From NCBI GenBank assembly GCA_009103225.1, contig RHPI01002533.1, forward strand, positions 1,295,842 through 1,359,841: DNA of 64,000 nucleotides. Reading direction: 5' to 3'. The translations under genes were made by a program, and so were the position numbers. The notes under the pieces were generated by a model. That model made no database searches and was not told the origin of the DNA. It saw only the letters and a program-made list of their open reading frames with translations. Below, one piece after another: positions 12,088-24,603 of the stretch. The number at the start of each line of letters is the position of its first letter. The stretch's first letter is position 1. Source of the DNA: Chlorokybus atmophyticus (lineage: Eukaryota; Plantae; Mesostigma and Chlorokybus algae).

Positions 12088-13358
12088 TCTCAACTATGGG
12101 TCACGGCATCAATCACGCCAGCAACAAACAGAGCGCAGAGCCTATCGCAACCATGGGTCTCTCATGGTGGCGCAGAGTGAGGGCTGCTAATCCAGACGTG
12201 CTGACGCCAGGACACAGCCAAGAATGCTGTTCAGGTTTCCTGCATGCACTCAGGCGCAAGTGGGCGAACTTTACAGCATGATTACTGTGCCTAGGCGCTT
12301 GCGTTCTGTATCGAGCAATGGCAAGTGGGCAGACTTTACAGCATAAGCTGCTGCATGAAGGCGCTTGCCTGCTGTATCAAGCACTGGCAGCAGCAACAGC
12401 GACAGCGTGTGCTGCTGGGACTTGAACAACAACATTTGGAGAGGAGTGACCTGGTTGGAAGCCTTTGTCAGCACCGCACCATGCCACAGGCAACCATGCA
12501 AGGGTGCATTTACTTGTCAACAGAAGGCCAACTCCACCAGAGCAAAAGTAACAATATATGGGGTACATGGCGTCTCTTGTCCAACAAAAGTTGCTCTGCC
12601 TGTCGCCTTCCGGTTCTTCAGCCACAGTCGTGTCTGTAGGACACAAAGCTAGGGACATCAGAATCTTACACGCTGTTCACCGAAGACTGTGCTTGCGACC
12701 ATAGATGCCATGCATGACACCGCGGCATCACTGGGAGACTGAATCCTGTTGTATAGGATATGTGAAGTGCTGTGTGGCCACTGTGTACAAGAAGTAGTAT
12801 GCTAGGTTTGTAGCATGTATGGTGTCAAGCACATGCAAGGTCGTGTACACAGTATGACCCCACTTACAAACTGTCTGCATACAAGCGCAATGACATTGCT
12901 GTATGTGCGAACGTACTCAATTCTTGTTTGCAAGGTCAGCAATACCACCATTATTGTGTTTGCCTACAATGTGGATGTGATCTCCATTGAGAGATAGGCA
13001 ACCCATAGTAAGACTGAAGCTATCAGCTTCTGACTGCTCTTACTCAGCTTCTGCAGTTTTTTACTGGACTCCTGCACGAGTACAGCTCAAATCCTGTCCG
13101 CCATTAGGCCAAAGCACGTTCAGACTCATCACAACCACCACATCGACAAACACGTTTTGAGCATGTATGATATAGCACCCAGTAAACACATTACACGCAC
13201 ACATCAACAACAACCCCTGCAAGCAACTGCGCACCTGTGCCAGGTGTGCATGGCGAGGTATTGCAATGGACGCCCAGCGCATTGCGCCCTAGCAGACAAG
13301 TTGTGGGGCTCATGCATCAACGCAGCTCAATGTGGTATGAATGATCCTCAAACATCCA

Positions 13359-14804
13359 TCATGAGCCCTGCATAGCGCCAGCAGTGGCCTCCAGGTGGTC
13401 CCACAGTGCCGTGGCAAAGCGGCTGTCCTCAAGTACGAGAGCAGATGGGCGTATCAGCGCTGCCCGCCGGCCAAAGGTGTACCCGCCAGACGCAAGGGCT
13501 GAGATGTCCGGCCTCATCAGCATGCGTGCAAGTGCGAGAGCGGGCTCATGCGCGGGCCGTAGCAGCCTCAGCACCCGCATGGATGCGTAGTAGAACAATG
13601 CAAGTGGTTTGGGCCACTGCCGGACCAGCGCCGTCTCCACTGCGCCCGGATCATACGCTCTGCATGCACATGTGCGTGTAGGTGATTAGTTGGTGGTGTC
13701 ATGTGTATGCACGCAGGTTGGTGTGACATACATTGTGATGAGGTGCTTGTGGTGGAAGTGGCGATGCAGCTCACGTGACAGCACCGCGCAGCACACTGCG
13801 AACAGATCGGCAACGTAAGCAATGTCGCATGCAATGCATCAACTTGTGCTGTGTGCGTACGCTTGGAGTGTTGGTATGCTTGCGCAGGGCCGGCGGGGGG
13901 TAGCAGCGGCCCAGCCGGCATCACGGTGTTGCCGCCGTGCACTGCGCGGTGTGTGAAGGACGACAATGTCACCACCGTTGCTGGTGAGGAGGTGGACGCC
14001 GACGACAGCAGTGTGGGCAGCACGGCACGCGTCACTGCGTAAGTCCCTCGCACATTCACCGCGAAGGCACTGTGAAGGGGTGGTGCTTGCATTGCATTGG
14101 TGCGTGTGCAGTAAGCATGCAAGGTTGTATAGCAGTTCAAGTTGCAATGCATTGAGGTGGATGTGCTTGCATGCATGCATGTGAACATGCACACAAATGC
14201 ATGTTCACTGGATGCATGCTACGGCGTACATGTCTTCTCCAGTGCAGGACTCGGCGGGCATCACGGCGGCGTTGTTGACGAGGGCTTTGAGCTTCCACCC
14301 GCGTTTGGCGCAGGCTGCCACCGCCGCCCGCCCCACCGCCGCCGCCTGGTCCGGGTCCTGCAGGTCGCCCTCCACCCACACAGTGCCGCTATCCTGCACA
14401 TCGTCACCGTCCTGCTTGTCGCCATGGGGGCGGCGGGCGAGCACCAGGCGCCAGCCCCGCTCCCGTAGGACGACAGCAAGCTCCCGACCTATGCCCCTGG
14501 CGGCCCCAGTGACAAGGACGGCGGCCTGGTCGGGGAGGACGGCCGCCGCCGCATTGGCGTCAACGCCATTGTCATCGGCAGCAAGGCAGACCCCCGCCCT
14601 GGCAGCAGCGACGTGGGAGGCGATGAGATACACCAGCCAGCGCACGAACAACAGCAGTGTGGCTGGGGACAACCACGCCCACCCGGCACCAACCGCAGCG
14701 GCGGCGGGCGGCATCGCTATGATCGCCACGTGGACAGCTGACGCATAGCCCAGTCTCTTGCTTAACATGACGCTTATGAGCATCACAATGGGGTTGTCCT
14801 TCAT
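13359..14804 (-). CDS. Short-chain dehydrogenase/reductase (RDH12/WWOX-like) with N-terminal hydrophobic segment
   Basis: VLVTGAARGIG (NAD(P) binding), ALVNNAAVM, FAVNVRG, VVTLSSFTHR, catalytic YQHSK, then SRELHRH, DPGAVETALVR and ALWDHLE. The start codon is uncertain (14804 or a downstream Met). Confidence 0.88.
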
Positions 14805-14915
14805 TTGTCCCGATACGAGCAGGACTCCAGTTCCGAACTAGGGAACTTGCACTTCGATTCTCGGTCTGGGATCCGGCCGTTGGGAACGGCATTGTTGGCA
14901 GCGGCGGCGGCGGCG

Positions 14916-15905
14916 ATGCCGCTGGCGTCGGCGGGTGGAGGCAATGGCGGAGAGCAGCGGCGGCGTGAGGAGGGGAGTGGCTACCCCAATCTATGCAAAT
15001 GTTTTGTGCAGACAGAGCGCTCCCCGTGCCGCTGTCGCCGGCAGCTGCCTGTGCCGTGGAGAGTGGGCGGCGGGAGCGACGGCGGAGGTCGAGGAGGCGG
15101 CGATGGTGGCGTCTGGCAGCTGTCTCGTCTAAGCGCCCTGCTGAAGGAGGCCCGGCGGCAGGCGGCGGAGGTTCGCGCCAGGGAGCGGGCGGCGGAGGAG
15201 GAGGCGGAAGCGGCGGAGGCTGTGCTAGGGTTTTTGTCCGCTGAGGGCGGCCTGTTGGGCTGGCACGAGGACCTGGCGGTGGCGGTGGCCCGCGCCGCAG
15301 AGCCTCTGCCGCCGCCAGCACTCCCCGCCCTCCAGCAGCTCCGCCTCCGCCAGCTTCAGGGCATGCGTTACGACGTCACCGAGGAGGCCATGCAGGTGGC
15401 CAGCTGTTATGCTGCATCAAGCCAGACAGGCTGTTGTGTGTGCATGCCGCCTTGTTGCATTGTTTCTGCAGTATGAAAGCCAGCTGCGTCCGCGCCTTGC
15501 ACTCCAACCCACTGTCTGCGCAGCTGGCATTGCTGTCACATGCCTTCGCTATCTACGTATCTCTCATAGATCCAACTGTGCACTTGGTGGCGACCTGACA
15601 CTGTCAAGCAGCTGGCTGACACACTTGCAAAGTTGTGACTGCTCTTGTAGGCGGTCGCCAGGCTGGAGCAGGTGAAGGAGGGGTTTCAAGAGTTGACGCA
15701 GCTGCGCGAGCAGGTGCGTCGCATTCGCGTGTAGTATGGTGCCAAGTGCGTGTCGGGGTTGTTGAAGCAAAAGGCATTGCAGAAGGAGAGAGCGGTGCGG
15801 CGTGTGGACGAGCAGCTGAAGGCTGCAAGGGAGGCGTACAATGCAGAGCTGTTGAAATGGGAACGCTCGCATGCCGTCCCGTTGAGCAACAGCACGCACC
15901 GATGA
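14916..15905 (+). CDS. Hypothetical coiled-coil protein
   Basis: ATG follows a (GCG)n run. The exon is Ala/Glu/Arg-rich (LKEARRQAAEVRARERAAEEEAEAAEAV), with canonical splice sites and terminal exons AVARLEQVKEGFQELTQLREQ and QKALQKERAVRRVDEQLKAAREAYNAELLKWERSH. Family not recognised; middle exons uncertain. Confidence 0.6.
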
Positions 15906-16688
15906 GGCTGTATGAAGCTGCTTCACTCTGTTGCAAACGAGGCTGGGCTGCTGCAATAACCTATATGACCAAAGGAAAAGAGCTCACCAATGCGAATGTT
16001 GGGCATTCAACCCATGAAAGGTGTGTACAGAGCTGTATATGTGTGCGCATGTACGCAATTGACTGCACAAAAGCTTTGTGCAATGAGCTGAGACACGTAA
16101 AAGAACCACAGTGTCTTCGCGTCACAGGTGGGCAGGTGCGCAGTTTTACCCAGTTCTTCACAGAAAGTGTGTAGTGGTATTGGTTGGGCAATAGAGGTTT
16201 TGGTGACTGTTCAGAGTCAGGTTAATAGCACGCGTACACTACACACGTTTTAGGTATGGCCACGAACATCCTGCAGTGCGCATGCAGCAGCCTTGGAAGG
16301 GCAAAAAGTGTTGTTATCTGAGGCGTAGATGCTACATGAGAAGTATTGCACTAGGTTGTCAAGGAAAAAATGACAGATTGCATCGTTTGTATCATACATT
16401 GCCACTGTTACCACCTGATTACTCTGTCGTATGAGGAGAGTTTGATTGACAATGAGCACAGTCTGCCCCAGCTTATTTGCGTTCTGGCATGTGACGTGGA
16501 GTAATGCACGAGCCTCTTTATTCCAACACCAACACGTTTGCAATTGATGCTGTCGTAGCGAATGTGATTTCACCAAGCATTGAATGTCTGCTGTTGTACA
16601 CATTGTACATGCTTCTACCTGCATTACAGTACTAGCCTAAGCGTATCCACTAAACGAGTGAGCTTGTGAAGCTCCAACAATGACGTCC

Positions 16689-18505
16689 TCAACCCTCAGT
16701 ACCCCGTCGCGGTTCAGGCCTTGTGGTTGAGGTAGTACTTGGTGGCACCCTCGTCGCATGTCCTCGGCCTCGCGCGCGGTTGATCAGCCCGAGGAGGCCC
16801 CCCGCCCCGCTCGCGACCTCCCTGGAGGCCGCAAGCGCGTCACGCGCCTTGGCGATGCTCGACTGCCGGCCCGCTCGGGCCCTCAGAGCGGCAAGTCTGT
16901 CCCTATCGACGTCCAGCAAAGACCTCTCCTCCAACGCAGATGCCAGAACGTCTATGCATGCAAGTGCATGTTACAGCTCCGACGCACTTGATCACAGGGA
17001 TGACGCATGTGCACAGCGTGCATCTGCACACCCGCTGGTACATGCGGCCATCCATGCACGCGTGTGCACACACATGTGCACACATGCATGGGCGTACCGC
17101 ACACGCTTATGTGTGCGTGCATGTAACGCGTCCACCACACGTGCGCATGTCCACGCAAACACATGAACGCATGCACCCACACGTGCCGGCATATGCGCCT
17201 ACCCATGCACGCACGCAGACACAGACAGAGACAGAGACAGAGAGACACATACCTCTGGTGGCGCGGCCAGCAAGTTTGACGGTGTCGGTAACAGCGAGGG
17301 CCGCCTGGGAAGAGCGCGTGATGCCGTTGTTCAGGGCAGCACCCACGGCCGCGAGCTCCTCGCCCACCTCTGCTAGCTCCAACCCCGTCAGCCGCACCGC
17401 CGCCGCTGCCCCACCCAACTGCATGCCACATTGCACGCGGCTGTCTTTACTGTTGTGCATTGCTTTACATGGCGCTTATGAGTCCACCACCAACAACAAC
17501 GGCAACAAAAATCACACTCACCTCCCCGCGCGCCTCGTTGCAGAGTTCCGTGAAGGCGTCCGCGGCCTTGCGCATGGACCGAATCGCCGGCACTGCTGCT
17601 GCCAGCACCGCCGTCAATGCAGCCACCAGCTGCGTGCATCCCGTTAAAGTCGTGTTCAAGCAGGGAACAACAGTGCGCGGAGAGAACAAACAGCAGAAAT
17701 GTGCGCACTGGCACAGGGTTACAGCTGCTGGAGGACAGCAACACTTGCACACATTGGGACATGTCTCATGCATATCTCATGCATGCGCATGATTAGCACA
17801 AGGCACCACGGATGGCAGTGCTGACAACAACGACAGTTACGATGTCAACAATGACGTCAACGACCGCGGCGACAGAGACAGCACTGCGCGTTGAACGTGA
17901 GGACAAACAACTCTGTGGTGGAGGAAGTAAAGCGGTTGGTGCGTATGTTGATTACTGCACGCATTGCATGCCATGCCAATGCACTGAACAAACCGCGTTC
18001 ACAACACTTGACAATGCTCTTGGCTCCGCAATAGCAAACACCACGATTGACTTGAAAACCATCGTGCATGCATGCACGCCAGCCACATCTCTCGCCCCCC
18101 TCTTCTCGTGTTTCTCACCAGGCAGGTGAGTACAGCCAGCGCCTGCAGCAGCGCCCTCTCAGCAGACCACGCCTCCGCCGCCGCCGCCGCTGCCACCTGC
18201 TCTGACGATGGCGCCGTTGACGGAGACACCCCCACCGACGCCACCAGCTGCCGCTGCTCCTCAACGCCGGCCCCAGCCAGCAACGCGGCAGAGGAGGAGG
18301 CGGAGGTGGATGAAGGGGTTGAGGAGGAGGTGGAGGGGGCTGAGGAAGTGGAAGCCCTGCCCCCGGTCGCCGCCCTCCTCGGCGCTCCTGCTGCTGCTGC
18401 CGCCGCCGCCGCTTGGTGCTTGGGCCGCCTAGGCCAGCGATGGCATACAGAGGAGGGGGGGCGCAGAGCTGTTGAACCTGCCGAGGGCGCCAACGCCAGC
18501 GACAT
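16689..18505 (-). CDS. Probable plastid-targeted DUF948-like membrane protein (cyanobacterial/plant family)
   Basis: Ser/Ala/Arg-rich transit-like N-terminus. Exons LVAALTAVLAAAVPAIRSMRKAADAFTELCNEARGE and LGGAAAAVRLTGLELAEVGEEL..GITRSSQAALAV resemble the recalled plant motif AAIPTL..RRAA..L..TAREELP..MAAIRLSGMEISDL. Confidence 0.6.
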
Positions 18506-18664
18506 GCCTACCGATGCGGAGCGCCACGTCGCGGCTGAAGCAGTAATCTAGTCCTGTCTACACGCACACACCTGTCCGGTCCGGCCTGGTCTGGTCTGGC
18601 CTGGTTTGTGCAATGCACAATGCGCATCGCTGGTCTGTTCATTGCTTGTCGAGTTGTGTGTGGT

Positions 18665-18678
18665 GGGGGGGGGGGGGG
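18665..18678 (+). repeat. G14 homopolymer, preceded by a (CTGGT/CCGGT)n pentamer tract at about 18575-18607
   Basis: Directly visible upstream of the DUF948-like start codon. Confidence 0.85.
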
Positions 18679-21024
18679 TGTGTGTGAGGTTCCTGTTGAT
18701 GACAACACCAACTTGTGATTGTTGCTGCGTTTAATTTTGTAGGCCTAGCAATGGGTGTATGCTCTATCATCAAGGCATGACACCTACACTATCATACCAT
18801 GTCGGCAAATATGATAGATGTGACGCAAATACCACTTGAGCATGTGTAACATTTTCATCTGAACTGATTCTACGATACCCATGCATGAGGCTCGTGGTTA
18901 CTTGTTAGCTCCACTTGACGCAAACATATTTGTGTAATTTGACGAACATTCACGTGTGTATTTGTAATCCATGTTAGATTAATGTTGCTTTAAATATTAC
19001 TCATATACTGCATGATATGTGTTATGCATGGTCATTGAACTTCACAACTAGTTGAAGACTCTGTAACGGAGTAAGTGCCAGTGAAATCACGTACAGCCTT
19101 GCAAGCTACAGCTTATAGTGAACGAATGCGCTAGAGTTTTATTGTAACAAAGTAGTTATAATAAATATTTTGTAAGTACAATTCGCTCGCAATGCCACTT
19201 CCACTGGTTAGAATAAAACCTCAAAGGATTTCAAGCATCACGTGCACGTAATGTATCAGAATGCAACAAGGAGTGGAGGACACATACAAGTCAGTTGCAG
19301 CAGACTGTATATTGGGCAACTGCGCAAACTGTTGGTGCCGACCATTAGTAAGCAATGTTTAAAAGTGTGAGTACAATGCTTGTGCATACTTTTGTATACA
19401 CACTTGCACTTAAACATATATCATTATAATGGTTTAGGTAATACCAATCACCGACGTTCCTTGTATGTCACAAAGTTCACATGCTACTTCTGCATGTAAA
19501 GAACATTTACATGTGCTGGGCAACATATCTGAAAAGTATGTGTCGGCACGTGTACTTACGCAACTAGACGTATCATGCTTGCGCATATGGTAGAAAACTC
19601 TTCCACCAACTAGTTGAACCTGAAAATGAGTTGGTGCCAAAACGTGATTTGTATGGCATAGACTAATATTATGTCACATACTACTACCTCATGCATGTGA
19701 TAGTTTGCAACCTGAAGGTTGCATTTGCATAATGATCGTTTGAATTTGAACGATCTTGATGCAAATAGATGTTATGCGGATACCATCGCGCTTTTGTACC
19801 GTTAGTGCAAAATCTCTGGCAAAAATATATAATGTCGATATTGTGTTGTATGATTTTTAAGTACAGTAATATAAGACTTGCAACACAACTTTGTCACAAT
19901 GGGACATGACGTCATTAAGATGCATAAAAAGATTCTTGATTTGGCCAATCACAAACATATCATATATTTTGGCATATACAAACGTATGGATGTGAGTTAC
20001 ATATACTGCAATAAATACATCAATGGCCCGGCCATGCTTGTCGCAAGCAACATTGAAGATTCAATAGCCAATAAGGAGATCCTGGGCCCCACACCCCCAT
20101 GCTAGAGCTGTGCGTAGCTTGAGAGAATGTTTATCCTCTGTGGTGGACGTTGTAGGTATTGGTGTCGCTGTTCTGAGAGGGTAGGCAGAGAGGTCTGCCA
20201 ACATTGTTCTGGATGAATCACATTATGGTATTTCATTGAATGCGCAGTGTCACACTTCCCACACTGCTATTGCGAAAAGCCGCCGCCTGCGGCGCGTACG
20301 GCTGTGCATACGGACAAACCTCAAGGCAGTACAGAGTACGGCCGTCACTGTACGGCTGTTGCTTTCCCCGCCAGAACAGAAAGATGCCGGCGGCAGACAA
20401 CCACCTGGCGGCAACAATCGCAACGTCCACAGCTTGCTCACGCTAAAGTAGCTGAAGCTTCCTCCGCCGCCGCCGTGGTTGCTAGCGCAGCTGTGCTGAG
20501 AGCTTGTTACCAGTGCAAGCGTGCTGGTTGAGCTTCTCTGGCCTCTTGCGGCACAGGCATTGAGGCACACCTATTGGTGAAAAGGACACGCCGGCGAGGG
20601 AGCTGATCATCAGTCTGTTCTGCAGTTTCCCATTTTCAAGTGAATGCGGGTGGTGTCTTGAGGAGGTTGCCGCCCTCTTGTCAACTGCCCACTATTGTTG
20701 CCAGCTTGCAGGCAAGCTATTTTGCCGTGCTTATCCGTTTTCCGTGAAGTTTTGTGGGCGAGGGCGACAGCTGCTGAGGGTTGATGGTGCTAAGCAGTGA
20801 GAGGACGGGTTGTCAAGGCTGTCGTTCGTGTTGTTGAGGTACGGCACGGGGGAGCAGTATTTTGTGCAACCCACGCAAGGGTTTCATTCTGTAGTGAGTG
20901 ACAGCGAAGTGAGGGTTTAACTCCGTCAGCAACGCTGGCGGCGGCGGGGAGGACGAAGAAGCTGTCGTTTGAGGGTAGGATTGAGAAGACGGCTTCTCCG
21001 GGGCGGGTGAGGGAAGCTCTGCAC

Positions 21025-23591
21025 ATGGAGACCCCCCTGTTGACAAGCAGTAACGGCAGTAACGACGACGGCAAAGGCAGGAGCCCAGGCAGCAATGCCT
21101 GCGGCAGCGGTGTCAGCCCGGAGCCGCTCCCGTCTTGCGCGCGCGACCAAGCTATCAGCGTGTCTCACGTCCCCTCCGCTGCCCACCTCGCGCAGGGCGC
21201 AATGCTCTCTCGCTGCCTGTCGCGTGCTGATGGTAAGTGCAACATCACACGTGCATGCTACCGCAGGCTGGTAGCCGCTTTGTGACGGGAAGCTTTTTTT
21301 GTTACGTCATGCGCCCAACAGCGTGCAACCGCTCTCTTATGGCCAGTGAAGTGAAATCTTTTGCAATATTTGGCAAAGCGATGTAAGGTGCAGAGAGGCA
21401 TACGCTGCTTGTGTCATAAATTGTTTCCACGTGTTGTTTCAGAGCAAACTGTGATAGGCCTGTGTAGTGATCGTTTCCAATCTTTTCTCTTCCTAACACA
21501 CGAAGGCACTTAGAGCTAGCAAGTGACCAGTTTCTGAATGCAAACTTATGGTATACCGCTGCGTTGATGTTGTTCTTCAACAGCAAAGTGTAAGCCTTTC
21601 ATTTGAGCTGGAAGTGTTGGCCGCAAGGTTTCTTGTTCTATTTTGTTGTGCGCGTACTCACAATGCCTTTGCATGCTGATTGCCAGCTGCTTGTTGCCCT
21701 TGTCGCAGACCTTTGGTAGTGACTTTGTTGTATTACTGCCGGTGCAGGTCTAGGTGCTGACGGTGCAGAGCACACGTGTTACTTGTCTGAGCTTGGTGAG
21801 ACAGAAGAGACAGCAAAACAGCGGTCAAAACTCGTGACCGCTGTAGTCCTGTGTTTCATATTCATCATCGCTGAGGTGGTTGGTGGTAAGGAGATTACCA
21901 ACTTGGGATGTCGTGGCGCACATGCAATTGCAGCTGACAGTTGAGTTGTCGCAGGTATTCTGGCGAACAGTCTTGCAATAATAACGGATGCGGCTCATCT
22001 TTTGTCGGATGTTGCAGGTACAATTTGGTCGGCAGCATGCTTGTCTGTGCCACACGGGGCACTTATACACATTCTTTGTGCAGCCTTTGCGATCTCATTG
22101 TTTGCGCTGTGGGCCTCTACTTTGAAGGCCACTCCTAAACATTCATACGGGTTTCACCGCCTGGAGATTCTTGGAGCACTTGTGTCTATACTGCTCATCT
22201 GGATGCTGACCGGCGTGCTGATTTATGAGGCCAGTCAGAGGTACAAACTATTCAGCGTCAGTTGTTTGGGCTGCTTTGCAGCTTATCCGACCAGGTGTAT
22301 GCCTTCTACTGTAACACTAACGCTGTGCTCAGGCTTCAGCACGGCGGTGATGTTGATGGCCGCACCATGACCATTGTAGCCATTTGTGGTGTTTTGGTCA
22401 ACATCTGCCTGGTGACACTTCTGCACGATCACGGGCACGGGCATGCGCACGGACACTCACATGGGCACGCGCACGGGCATGAGCATGGGAGTGGCCATGC
22501 CCACGGACATGGGCATGAGCATAGCAATGGACATGGCTCGGGACACCCACCTGCTCGTGGTCATGCGCATGAGCATGACGCTATCGACCATGCACTTACC
22601 GATTCAGATGAAGAGGAGCACAGCCACTGCCATGGTAAGCTGCACTGTTGGCAGGGAAGTATAATAGGTCGCTAACAGCCCTATAATCTTGTTCATTTGG
22701 CTGTTGCAGATGAAGAAGAGGGCTTGGTGAATTTGAAGAAGCACGCACGCACGCAGGACGAAACGGAGCGACAGTCTCGTAATATAAACATGCGCGGCGC
22801 CTTTCTGCATGCCATTGGTGACCTGGTGCAGAGCATTGGCGTCGCCATTGCTGGCATAGCAATTTGGATACGACCTGACTGGTAAGTTAAGTTTTGAATG
22901 TTGTTATGTGTGCATCGCATGTGGTGAAGCAGGAAATACATCCACTGACGATATTCCTGGGCGTTTGCAGGAAGATAGCAGATCCGATTTGCACGTACAT
23001 ATTTTCCATACTTGTGCTTGCCACTACCCTGAACATGTTACGAGACATCACGGATGTTCTTATGGAGCGCACTCCGCGAGGCTTGGATGCAGAAAAGGTG
23101 AGTGCTTGCTGCGGTTCTCATAAGAGAACTTTCGTGGAGACTACATCCGTCAACTGATAGTAGCCACTATCAAGTCACATTCACCCCGCATCATCAATGC
23201 TTGTGTGGCAATTGCAGTGTCTGTGGCAACCATTACGCACAGTCAAGGTGCTGATGGGTTGTTGTATGCTAGGTTCGTGAAGGTCTCAAGCGTATTGAGG
23301 ATGTTGTTGATGTGCATGAGCTACACATTTGGTCAATCACGATGGGCAAGGTGAGTCGTGTTCTCAGCTTGGTTGATGGTATGTCTGCCTGACTTGGTGT
23401 TCGCACAGCAGGCTCACACTACCCACCCTTGGCAGGTGCTGCTTGCAGTGCATATTTTGACCACATCCGATGCGAACACTGACGAGGTGTTGTCAAATGC
23501 TCACAAGTATTGCGAAACCGCACATGGCATTAGCCATGTGACCATACAGGTTGAACGCATTGATGGCTTCCGAAGTGGGCATCATCATTAG
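21025..23591 (+). CDS. MTP1: CDF-family zinc transporter (MTP1/ZnT2 type) with His-rich loop
   Basis: [33 protein letters not shown] (HxxxD site), [16 protein letters not shown], an HG-repeat loop, [40 protein letters not shown] and HVTIQVE. Confidence 0.96.
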
Positions 23592-24603
23592 ACTTCCAAC
23601 CCTGCGCTGAGGTGGGGTTGCATAACATGTATACTGTTGCCGGTGGCACAGGCTGCCGCAAACCAAACAGCAGTATAACAGCAAGCTCATAGCCACCACT
23701 CAGGCTGCAAGGTGTTTTTTTGCGTGCATTCTGGTCAATTCTTCGTTGTCATATTCAAATTGTTGTCAGATACTGTGTTCTCAGTTGTGATGTGCACATG
23801 AAATTTTCTGCACTGCATGTGGACAGCTGGCGCGAGTTGTGCTGTGCCGTACCGCCAACACCAACATTAGCAGAGTATGTGCTGTATCAGCCTTATACAT
23901 GCACAAGTACGCAAGTTTCATGTTTTCAACTCCTGAATATGGACATCGTGAGTTGTGACGAAGTTGTGCACAGAGCTTCATAACAGCAAGTTGGCATGAG
24001 ATCAAATGCATAACAGACACACGTGATGCAGCTTGCATCTTTTGTACATAGATGCCCAAGGTTGAGGCAGCATGGCTGAAATTTTGGCAACCAGTTTTAG
24101 GTCTGCAACAAGTCTGTTTTGTATGTAATCTGTTGTGTACAGGATATGCGCGAGACAATTGGAGACATGCATGACGTCAAACAGCATAGCATACCAACCA
24201 GCATGCAAACTCAGTCACATACACCACCACCGGGCTATTCTTACTGCCTGTTTACCTACCACACTACCCTACTCTAGACCTCCCCGTTAGGCATGCATAC
24301 ATGCGTATTGTTGGTTAATTACCTGTGCAACACACGAGCTGAATGTTTGGGTTAGTTAGTGTTTCCGAGCTGTATACCAACACTACATTGAACATAAGCA
24401 CACATTTACAACCGTGTTCAACTGTAGCCTGTGCATACAGCAGTAATCATTCCGGTCACAAGGGCATAGAACAGTGCAGTGCATGACAAACTTGCTTGTC
24501 TGCCAGTTCACAGACCCGCAAAGCGGCAATTTGACAACTCTGCCACTGCTAAAAACAATACAACAAGAGAAAGAATGCTGTTGTGTGGCAACCCATCGAC
24601 AAG

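Noticed and set aside
12100-13350. Short ORFs between the SDS22 and SDR stop codons
   Set aside because: Cys/His-rich low-information translations typical of UTR or intergenic DNA in this genome.
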